Below, one piece after another: positions 12,947-23,297 of a stretch of 46,988 nt of DNA. The stretch lies in contig FLMG01001768.1 in assembly GCA_900088475.1 (NCBI GenBank), positions 1 to 46,988 on the forward strand, written 5' to 3'. The stretch comes from Hyphochytrium catenoides (taxonomy: Eukaryota > Protista > Hyphochytriomycota). The notes under the pieces are model-generated. The model saw nothing but the letters and a program-made list of their open reading frames with translations, had not been told where the DNA came from and ran no database searches. Position 1 is the first letter of the stretch; each line of letters begins with the position of its first letter. The position numbers and the translations under genes are program-made.

Positions 12947-13798
12947 TTTGCCAGCCCTTGAAGCTAAGCTCGTACTTTCTTTCCCTGCTGGTGCTGAAGC
13001 GCCGTTCAGGTCGTGATGCAACGCGAGATCCTACCTCCTTGACCGTCAGAGGACTCAGTCTGTCGGATGCTCCCTCAGTGTGACGAGTGGCTAATGGATG
13101 GATGGAGCTCCGTAGAGGTACTGGGCAACTCACGCGGGCGGCGAGGTTGGCGCCAGGGCCGAGGTCATGAGAGACATCAGCGGCTTGAAGAACTGGGACA
13201 GGTGTCAAAGGTGTTCAAGGTGACCATACTTGGGTTAGCTGGATAGAGTAACCAGATTAGCTGGTATTACCTTCCTCATAAGAAAATAGTTCTATAAACA
13301 ATAATGGGTCGGGGTGCTTGATGGACCCGCCCAAGAAACTCTGAAACGGACAGACAGTGACAGCCGCTAACAGCTATGATCTAGTCATCAGAAGGCTTGA
13401 TGGCGTGAGGCTGTGAGCCGGTGTTGACATGCAGTTGCTCTGATGGCCCGACCATCCTCGGCCTTCGCTCTCTCTAACCAACGACAGTGCTTTCTTTCTC
13501 TCTTTAAGATCATTGCCAAGAATCAGAGGTCCAAGATACTTTGGCCGGATAGACGATGGAAGCTCTATTTGGTAAGTGTATGCTGTATCAGGTGCGCAGG
13601 ACTCAACTAAATGCAAAACTGAAGAGGTCGTGGCCTAGCAAAGAAGCCCTTGTGCACGAGAAAGTTCTCTCATTACATAGTAAAAATAATAAAAAAGATT
13701 TGATATAAAGAAGATAAGAAGGTCCTGGTGCCGCTAGTACCAGGTGAGGAGTATGTACAACGTAGATGAACAAGAAGAACGGGACCGTTTTGCCCAAC

Positions 13799-15862
13799 CT
13801 AGTCCCACGAAGACCAATCCTCCTGCGCACAGAGAAGACGATAATGTCAATCTCTTCCACCTCATACGGTTGCCTTTCTGTAGACAATTGAAACTTACCT
13901 CCTGACCATCCTTCTTCGCAGCCGGGGGCGCTGTAGTTATTGCAGGCGGCAATTCATTGGCGTTTGAAACCCCGCTCACTGTCGTCGCCAGAGTCAAGAC
14001 GTTAGGAGGAGGTGAGAGTGGAACCTCATCTCCCCAATTGTCATCATCTTTTATCATGCTTGGCTGCTGCGGAGCAGCTAAGGTTGGAGGTAGATTAAGA
14101 GAAGGCTTAGCGAGAGAGTCCTCGGGGTTTTGAGATATCTCTGAGGAAGGTGGTGCATCGTCAAGTTTATCCCAAGAGCCGTCGCTGCCGCCACTGTACT
14201 GATCTTTAACGACATGGGATACAACCCCCAGGTGAGCGTCCTCACTAGGAGCCACCTCCGCCACCGGCTCTGCCGTTAGCCAGTTAATACCGTCAAAGGG
14301 GGCCACAGCATTCCAATGTGTGTGTGAACGTACCTTTGACAGGAGAGACGGCAGACGGCTGTTCCGTCTCATCGTCATCATCGTCCCATCCCAAGTCCTC
14401 ATCATCCTCATACTGCAGAGCTAAGGCAAGAGAACGTCGTCAGTGGTGCATGAGTCACAAAACTGAGGACTACGAATAACCTTCAAAGCATTAAGAATTT
14501 AGACGGTGCTTTCAATCGTTCGAGGCAGGAATAAAGGGGTCACTTCAGGTCATACCAGGGGCAAGAATCCGTCGTTTCGTCTCTTCATCGGTAAACACTT
14601 GATACCGATAGAAGTATCTGTCCCAAAAGAGATCGCTGGATACTTCATTCGGGACTACCGAGGCGGATAGAACGCGGGCCGAGAGATAGAGACAGATGAA
14701 TAGAAGGAGTGAGGATAAGGGGAAGACGCCAAGAGGATACGAGGGCGGTGGGTTCACAGAGTGAGGACTCGCAGCGCTAACAGGCGTTAGAAAAGGCATC
14801 TTACCTAGCTCGCCATACATCCTTGCTACTGTAGGGTAGCTAGCTAAGACTAAGTGCTGGTTCTCCAACTGAAGGTCCCGGTCCACATTGCTCTGCCACA
14901 CCTACGCCCACGAGAGAAGATCAGCGGGGCAAGCGCCTCCACTCAATGTTGAAGGTTACCTTGAAAGCATCATCCTCTGAGGGGTTTACGATGTAAGTTG
15001 CATAGTCCGCCTGTAGCGCTTCTAACTTCAAGTCCACAGGTGCTTTGTTGTCTCTAGACCAAAATGCGGGGTGAGAATATTGCCTTAGAATGTATGACCG
15101 ATCAGAAGGATCATACTTAGCGGGTGACCCGTCAGCCTCGAAGAGCCTCGCCTGGGATAGCATCTCTGATGCACTAAAAATAGAAGGTAGAAAGAGAATG
15201 CGGTGTAAGGCCCAGGTTTGTTTGAAGAGCAGCAGCAGGAGGCCGTACTCACGTCTTTTGCATTGTCTGAAGGTGAGCGCCGACGGAGTCAATCCCTACG
15301 CCAAAGAAAGACAAAGAGCGAAGTCCTCCAGCAGATGTCTTTTCTTCTTCGCCACTTGCACCAGCACCAGCGTTGGATGGAGATGCAACTGTTCCCAAAC
15401 TCTGCTGGACAATAGGACCAACGTTCTCTTCAACCTTCACAGCCACAGTTTTTACCTCCTAAACCGTCAACGTTAGCCTCTGCACCTGAGAGCTGCGGGC
15501 AGAAGCTTACCTTCTGCACTGTATCTGTGAACTCAGCCAGATCGTGGCTCAGAACCTCTATTGCAGCAGTAGACTAGCGGAATGGCCGTCAGTGGCGATA
15601 CTTACAATATTTCTGGGAGGTGAACGACTACCTTCTCTTTAAGGGCTCCCACAAGGGAAGACAGCCCCCATGATGAGCCCCACCCAGAGGACCCACCGCC
15701 GACAGCCTCGCTTGGTTTGCTATCCATGTCATCCACCTGCAAGTCAATCAAGAATCCTACTCCTCAGTAATCTTGACATCAAGAAGAATGCAACTCATTG
15801 AAGATACGACATACCGCCTTGTCCCCTAAGTCTTCCTGCTTCCACATCTCTTCGTCCGCCAT
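13799..15862 (-). CDS. BSD domain-containing protein (BSDC1/DOS2-like), multi-exon
   Basis: BSD signature YPTVARMYGEL-VPNEVSSDLFWDRYFYR, preceded by LEALQADYATYIVNP. The N-terminus has SGWGSSWGLSSL and VLSHDLAEFTDTVQ. The acidic C-terminus ends EDWSSWD-TAG (13799). Confidence 0.85.
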
Positions 15863-16446
15863 CCCGCCGACCGTGGACACGCGCTATTCTGAGACCAACG
15901 AACGAAGATAGCCTTCTGACGTGATAGCGTTGAGCTCACCCAGTCGAACAATGCGGCCTATGATCTTCTTTGTCTACCCTAGCAACTATCCTTATGAAGG
16001 CAATGTATGCTGACAAGCTAGAAGCAAACCCACTGCAGCTTCACTAGCTGAGGCTTGACCTAGAGTGCGTTCACAAGCAGGAAAGTTCTTGCCTGGCCTG
16101 GGGTTCCCTGGAAGTAAGGCCTCACTTCGCCCTTGAAAGATGACTGCTTAACAATTTTTGCAGCTTTAGCCTACGAAACGTTTGGCACTCAGGGTTGGAG
16201 AGGGTGGTTACCTAACTCAAAATACAGAGGGGCTAGACCTTCCGTAGGGGTGAGAGGAGTCATGGACTTGGTACTCTTCTTCTCATCGCGCTCATTGTTT
16301 GGAGATTAAGGATGGATGATGATGGTGAGACGGGGAAATCTCTCTAAGGCCTTACTATTTAGCGGTGCTCTAAGGGTTAGTCTCTCTGTCAGTCCGTCAG
16401 TCGTCAGTCCATCTGTTCTTTTCGATATCAACATTTTAATGACAGC

Positions 16447-17239
16447 ATGCTGCAGATGGCAGAGCAGCACCACGACGATTGCCCGCGTCAATCAGTAATT
16501 GCTGTGCTGCAGCGACAGCAGACAGGAATGAATCGGGCTTCTTACCGCGATCACCACGCGAGTGAGGAAAAGGAGGCACCACGGACAGCTCCTGCTGCAG
16601 CAGCTGGTGGCAGTGGTGGTGATGGCCACAACTTTCCCTTCGTCGATTGCAACAACTATATATGGAACGAGTTCTTTGTGGAAGATGAAGAGGAAGACAT
16701 GATGCTCAACGCTCTGTGGAATGACCTGAACAGGCGATGGCAGAGCAGCACCACGACGATCGCCTGCGTCAATCAGTATTATAGTGCAGCGACACCACCG
16801 GTAATTGCTGTGCTGCAGGGACAGCAGACAGGAATGAATCGGGCTTCTTACCGCGATCACCACACGAGTGAGGAAAAGGAGGCACCACGGACAGCTCCTG
16901 CTGCAGCAGCTGGTGGCAGTGGTGGTGGTGGTCACAACATTCCCTTCGTCGATAGCAACAACTATATATGGAACGAGTTCTTTGTGGAAGATGAAGAGGA
17001 AGATCTGATGCTGAATGCTTTGTGGAATGACCTGAACAGGAAGCGTCAGGAACGGGGCCACGGCGGGTCTGAGAATGGGAACAGGAGAGCACACGTTAGC
17101 CGGGACCATCTTCCGAGCTCATGAACAGATCCTACGGGACCACTTTGGAGATGAGAAGACAGGCACTGATCCTATTGTTCCGAAAGAGAAGTTCCGACGA
17201 CGCCTCCGCTCATTACGACCGCCACCGATTTTATCGTGA
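16447..17239 (+). pseudogene. Degenerate PIF/Harbinger-like (plant-transposon-type) transposase N-terminal fragment
   Basis: RGHGGSENGNRRAHVSRDH, then after a +1 frameshift near 17113, RAHEQILRDHFGDEKTGTDPIVPKEKFRRRLR. This resembles the GGSxxG..RD...H..L..DYF...P.....FRRRFRM N-terminus of Harbinger-type transposases. No DDE core is visible downstream. Confidence 0.65.
16455..17040 (+). repeat. Tandem direct duplication (280 bp and 305 bp copies)
   Basis: 16455-16734 and 16736-17040 are near-identical (gatggcagagcagcaccacgacgat...aatgacctgaacagg). Copy 2 carries an extra 25 nt (gtattatagtgcagcgacaccaccg). Confidence 0.95.
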
Positions 17240-17899
17240 AAGTGTCTGGATATACTTCGCCACGCAGACGAGCTAGTCCGCTGCGCCGCGATGATACGAA
17301 TCTCAGAGACGAAGACCCGGGATCTGATTAGTTCTCATCTTCCGTTGGGGTCCAGGACTTGCCTTTCCCCATATCGCTTCACTTATCATTCCGCAGGAAG
17401 ATGGTATAACGTGATGTCAGTCTGCGTCTGCTCGAATAGGAGACTAGCGCCATCACGACGAGTGCAGACGACACTAGCTAAATAGCCTGCCACCGCAAGC
17501 AGCAGTAACCCAGAGCGGCGGCGGCGAGCAGCGTTGGTTTGTGATCTTGATACCACAGGCTTAGATCCTACAGCAGCTCTGGTTCTATGTTAGTTGGAGA
17601 GTAGCCAAGCAATTAGCTGTCTTCTATCTGTTGAAAGCTTTGACCTGCCCTGTTGATGACATGCATGCATGTAGAGATAGTCGCTGAAGCTTGCTCTGTT
17701 TCCCCATGTTATCGAAAGAGATAGGGAGCTCTCTGAATCCTCTTCATCGTGAAGTAGGAAGGGATTCGACCCGAAGAGCTACTTCACGGTGAAGAGGTCC
17801 TCGGACATCTTAGAGCTATCATGCGTTTCTACTTCCCTGTTTGCAGAGAAGCGGAAGCCTGAGGATAGGCAGGCTCCAAATAAAGCCGCTAACAAATAC

Positions 17900-19631
17900 A
17901 GCGCAAATTCCTTGACGGACCTAGCCGAGCTTCTCTTGAGAGGATGGGGACGTTACCTCGTGGAAGGATTCCTGCTGGGAGACGAAACCTGGGTTAGCCA
18001 CTCACATACCTCGCCTATACGCGATGGCGACTGTGTCAGTAGAACCTGAGCGTGTTCCCAGTCTTTCACCTTGCTCAAGATGCACAAGCGATCGGAGTTA
18101 GGTAAGGGTTTCTTCACACCTCTCCTCCCCGATGGACCACGCCTGCCTTGACTACAGAGCGCTCCACTCGACATTATCTTTGACAGATAGCATCAAGAGA
18201 CTTGCAGGATTGCTGCTGACCTCCGGTCTAGTGCTTGGTCCAGCGGAGCTCTGCTTACGACGATCATCTGATGTTCTCTTTGCGAGAAAACGCTTCCGCT
18301 TTATTGAATGAGCTATGTTTGTCTCAATCTGAGCGCTCTGCGACAGTTCAGACAGACTTCAATGAGGAAAAGAAGTCGGATAGTACATTGGTTGACTGAA
18401 GGCAAAGGTGTATTATAAGAGGATGCACATCAAAGCAGCTCATGAGATTGGATAATAATCTGCAGACATCCAATATATCTGCTTCTAGAGAAGGATATGA
18501 AGAGGCAGAAATCAATATGTAGAGATCTCAGACAAAGAGACCCGTGGACGAGAAAGACCTGGAAGCAAATGGCAAAGAGCGCTGTACCCAGTCTGGCAAC
18601 GGGTGAATCCCTGTGTACAACCTCTCAAGAAGTGACCGGACGAGAGAGTCAAGAGCTACTACTAGGGAACCTGGCATCGTAGAGCCAAGTAGTCAACGAG
18701 AAGACTTCTCAGCAGAGACGAGAATCATGTTTACTAAGCCAAGAGACGGACGCACGTCAAGTCGAAAGAGCGTTGCGATGAACAGGGCGGTACAGCACAC
18801 CGACGATAGGCATTCTTGAGCTTAAAGAGTTTAGCTGCTAAGTGGCGTCCGAGTTGTTCCCTACATTGTCCGCAAAGCCTAGCACCTTGTTGGACTTGGT
18901 CACAGAGAAGCTCTTACTTTGTAGGTAGAGAGCGATGTAGGGTCAAATGTCACGGCTTCTCTTCTCTCTTTTGATGATGATCAAGGTTCATCTTGAGACG
19001 ACTTGTCAGGGAGACAAGAAGAGAGAGTGAGTTTGTCAGCGCTGATTCCTCATCATGCCGCACGGAATGCTTCCTGGCAACTGTGGAATGTTTGAGGAGG
19101 GAAAGGTGGACCTGGGTGGACCTGATGGCTGATGCCTGGCACGCACTGGGACTCGTTTGGCTGATGGGAAGAGTGCAAAAGGCATTGCCGTTGGGGATGA
19201 GAAAAATCTTTGGCTGCTTGGGCTGCTTCTTTGAGCTCTTCTTTGGTGTAACACTGACGACCGCTAACGTCCCTATAAGCCCTTTGTTCCTTGTTATTAT
19301 ATATGTGAGGTGTAGGAAGCCAAGCCTCGGACGAAGAGCAGCTGGGGTTCGAGAGGATCTGATCATTGTCGTGAGGTCCATGCGTTGCTCTGTGTTCTCT
19401 CACAGCCCGCAGGTGGACGCTGAAAAGCTCTGTGCTCAGTGCATGGAAGGGCTTCCAACGGAAGAGTAGCAACAGGAATGAACAGGGCCCAAAAGCTTCC
19501 TAGCAATTTCATAGTTTGCTCCCCTTTCTTACTCCGGAGTGCTTCTGAAAACCAGGTGGTTCGATCTGTGACAGGTTCTCTGTTAAGCAAGGAAGGCAAG
19601 ATTCAACTTGTATCCAGATCCATCTCCGCAT
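17900..19631 (-). CDS. Possible hypothetical multi-exon gene, structure unresolved
   Basis: Several minus-strand open segments are flanked by AG/GTRAG sites, e.g. EQLGRHLAAKLFKLKNAYRR, SLVVALDSLVRSLLERLYTG and SAQIETNIAHSIKRKRFLAKR. I could not fix a consistent phase path or recognise any homology. Confidence 0.3.
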
Positions 19632-19657
19632 TCTCCCATATCCAAGGGTGTTAGACT

Positions 19658-21091
19658 ATGAGTGCGGCCACGGGACCGGTTGATGTCTCTCTCGAGCAGC
19701 ATAATCGGCAAGTGTGGCTGGTAAAGGTGCCGGTAAGGAAGCTGACAGATCTACAAATTCATTGCTCTCCATGGCACTCATGTTACCCTTGTTCCTTGAC
19801 GGCTCCTCTCCGTGCAGCAACGGCTGGCACAGGCATGGAAGGATAGTAGAGGTGAGCTGCTCCTTGCAGTCTACCCTGGAGGATAGTCTAACCTTCATCT
19901 TCCTCCTTTGACCTCCAGTCCTTGAGCAGGGGGATCTCGATTTGGGGAGCGTCACCTTCCTTCCTAGTTCCGGTGGACCCACACCCAAACGCCAGGTATC
20001 CATCTGACCATATCCTTAATCGCTTCTACCACGGTCTTGGGCAGTGGCTGGACCACCGCTCTGACCTGACCGTCTAAGATTGCTGACATAGAGTCCCATG
20101 CATCTTCCTCCCCAGTGCATAGTTCGCGTTAACACGGACCACTTTGAGAAGAATGATATACCTCCAGAGTACAAGCTAGACTTTGCTCCCCCAGCCCAAC
20201 CCACCCGTGTGTTCTCACATGATGACACGGGCAGAGTGGCCTTGGAGGGAGTCGTGAAAGAGACAGGGAACCTGACCCCTGCCGTCGGTTTAGAGTATAG
20301 GAAGCTTCTTAGAGAGAGGATGATCACCTCTGTCAATTCCGGAAGGTAGGCCTGCGCACTTTTCCTCGTCTGCGCTCTCGCATTCACTACGGCCTTGGGT
20401 TAGTTTCCTTAGTCAGCTGAGCCGCTCTGTGCCGTACTATCTGTGCATTCCTGTCTCTACACGACACCTCTTTGCAATGGTCTCTAACCCGTTCCCTTCC
20501 CATTCGATCACTCTCCTATGTTGATGGAATGGCCGTGGACTCACGTTAGGACGGTGACGGCTTTGGACGAGCTCCCGCGCTATACTAAAGACTCCAGACC
20601 TCAAGGAACCTTCAAGATCGAGAAGATGGAAGAAGAGGTACGCATTCTCTCTCTTGCACCGATGGACTTATTGCTCAAATTCATTGTTCGCTCTGCTCCT
20701 TTGCAGGAAGAGAAGCCTATCGTTCCGATGGCTGCCAAGGGTGCCAGAATGACTGAGGTAAGTCTAGTTGGATCTTCGCTGTGACCCCGGGATCTCAAGT
20801 TGCATCTTCTATTAACAACAGGATGAGCTAAAGACAGCACTCTTCCACCTATTCGAGGAGAAGGAGTTCTGGTCATTGAAGGAGCTCAATGCCCAGATTC
20901 GGCAACCAGAGGTACGTCTGCTAGAGGACACCCATGGTGACGGGCGAGAAGCTCATGGTCTCTTTGTGCAGGGTCATCTCAAGAAGGTACTCAAGGAAAT
21001 CTGCGTGTATCACCGCAGTGGGCCGAACAAGAACAACTATGAGCTTAAGCCGCAGTACAAGGAGGCGTCATCGGTGCCAGCCCAGAGCTGA
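19658..21091 (+). CDS. GTF2F2: Transcription initiation factor IIF beta subunit (RAP30/Tfg2), 8 exons
   Basis: RQVWLVKVP-QRLAQAW, IPPEYKLDF and VALEGVV are followed by the winged helix MTEDELKTALFHLFEEKEFWSLKELNAQIRQPEGHLKKVLKEICVYHRSGPNKNNYELKPQYK. Introns are GT-AG. Confidence 0.93.
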
Positions 21092-21321
21092 TAAACTATA
21101 TTGACATAGCTAATTTAATACTTTGTACATAGTATCCCCGCGTCTTGGAGCTAGCTGTTGCGTGCTCGCTTCCCTCTTACGCCACGCCAAATCACCTTCG
21201 ATGTCAACGAAGGGTCGGGCGATGCTGCATTCTAGTCAGTCAACCAGAGGAACCTCTGATATTATATATTGGTGTACCGGCTCCCCGGCCCATTCTGCTC
21301 TTGCCCTCTTGAGGTTGCCTG

Positions 21322-22586
21322 TCATCGAGCTCGACGGTTTAGCTCCGTGAACCTCTTGAACAGCGGCCCTGCCACTTCGTCATGGAAGAGCTCCTCTCTC
21401 TTGGGCTTTCTGCCCATTTTCTCGCTGAAACTCTCCTCCCACTCTTTGAGCTTACATCTAACGTCTGCCAGTTCCTGAGCTGGCGTCATTACGGTTAGTG
21501 AGTCCTTCAAAGGTTGGCATAGCACTCGCATGATGACGGTTCTCTGAGGGCTGTCCTGTTCGCTTGTGACGGGTTTGTCAAACTGTGCACGGTATAGAGA
21601 GGGCAAGGGACCAGACCAGTCAGTCCATGGTGATTCGAACACCTTCTTGAGACGGCCTTCTCCCGCCAGAAACCTACAGAAAAAGAAAGAAAGTGCCTCA
21701 CACCTGTAAGAGTTCCTGCTCGCCTTGACTTGGCCCAACAGGAGCAATAATTCTACCTCCGGGCTTCAGATGAGGCAGTAGCCACTCCAAGAGTGACTCT
21801 TCATGTTCCTCCGCCGCTCCAACATGAATGCAGTCGAAAGGGCCACCAAGAGAATCCAGGTCCACTCTCTTTCCCTCTCCTTTCCTCACCAAAAGGCCCT
21901 CCCAGGAACTCCAGGGTCGCCCAAGAGATACCAAGTTCTTCTGTGTCAGTTCACAGAGCTCATCTGTGATGTCTACACCGACGACGAGCCCATCCATGGC
22001 TTTTCTCGGAGACTCTAGATCTTCTTCCGGCACATTAAGTGGCTCCATCCCTTGCTCCGCGCCAAAGATCATCTCCGCCATAACTGCAGTCAGATAGCCT
22101 GAACCGCAGCCAATGTCAAGAGCCTTACTTCCTGGTCGTAAGTGCATGGCAAGAGGATTCATCACTTGCGCATGATGTTGAGGAGTGGATATTGTGGCTC
22201 CTCGGTACAGCGGCAAAGGCTTGTTCTCGTAGGCCTCATCCTTATGCTTAGAGATAACAAAGTGCTTACGATCACACGCACGAAAGGCTGTCGCCAGCCT
22301 CTTATTGTCGATCAGCTTGAATTTGACTAGCTTGTCCACCAGCTCTTCATGGGTCTTTGAGGTCAGACCCCATCCTTGGTTGACGCTAGAAAGAAAGGAG
22401 AGCACTTTAGCCATCAAAGACCCCGACAGAACAGTGAACGACACATACTGACCTTAGTAGAAGGTCTTCCGACAAACAACCAGTATGGAGAACACTGGCT
22501 GATAGGTGGCGCGCACCCCAAGAACCTGGAAGAGGCGCACAACTGCTGAGAAAACCTCTGTACACCGCCGGTCTACAGATTGCCAT
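21322..22586 (-). CDS. Protein-L-isoaspartate O-methyltransferase (PIMT/PCMT family) with N-terminal presequence and C-terminal helical extension, 3 exons
   Basis: Motifs DRKHFV, ATISTPQHHA, ALDIGCGSGYLTA, GPFDCIHVGAA and LKPGGRIIAPVG. Exons 22586-22453, 22385-21704 and 21582-21322 give ELLQ|FDKP...IMRVLCQPL, the typical PIMT end, plus about 60 extra residues. Confidence 0.88.
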
Positions 22587-23297
22587 CTTGCTTGTGCAGA
22601 GACGACCAGCAGTCAATCTGGCTCAGCAGCTGATGCGAGGCGGGAGAATCACCAGTTAGCCTGATGAGAGGTAGCAGGGACAGAGATAACGGAACTGCTT
22701 GACATCTGATTCCCGGTGGTGCTGCGCCGGGAGGTGAAGCTTCAAAAAAGAGAATCTGCTGATTCTGAAGCTCTTCCCAGTCATCCTAATCTATTCGCAT
22801 TCCTAAGTCAATAAACAACTATGATGGGCTAATACCTTAGGCTATAGCTATGGTAAGGTCCTGATATTGTCTGGAGTTGGCCACCTGCTACAAAGCGGGT
22901 GAGAGTGTTTGTGTTTCTTCTAGGCATTGCCGCAAGAGACAAATTCTGAAGATTTTCTTGTCACGTCATCCCAGCCCCTGGAAGCCTTGAGCAGTGATTA
23001 TTGGAGCTCCTGCCGCTTGCCAGGCGTCTGGAGAGTCCGAGCTATGTTCGACGCAGCTGCTCATTGATCTTGTTGATGCAGAAGAGACAAGTGTTTATTC
23101 TTAATTAGGAAAGTCGGAAGGCCCTTAAGGCGGTAAGCATCTAAAGAAGTACCAAGCGCAACGAAGCTGTGAGATATCGTTTGCTTGAAGAGCTGCGCTG
23201 AGTCTGCGACAGAGTACGGTTTAAAAGGGCCTTTCCTTTCGCTGAGTGACATTTCTGAGAGCTGTAACAAGAGTCTGAGCAGAAGCCCAGAGTAGAT

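Noticed and set aside
16300-17500. Terminal inverted repeats for the Harbinger-like remnant
   Set aside because: Only short (under 10 bp) imperfect matches were seen, with no convincing TIR/TSD pair.
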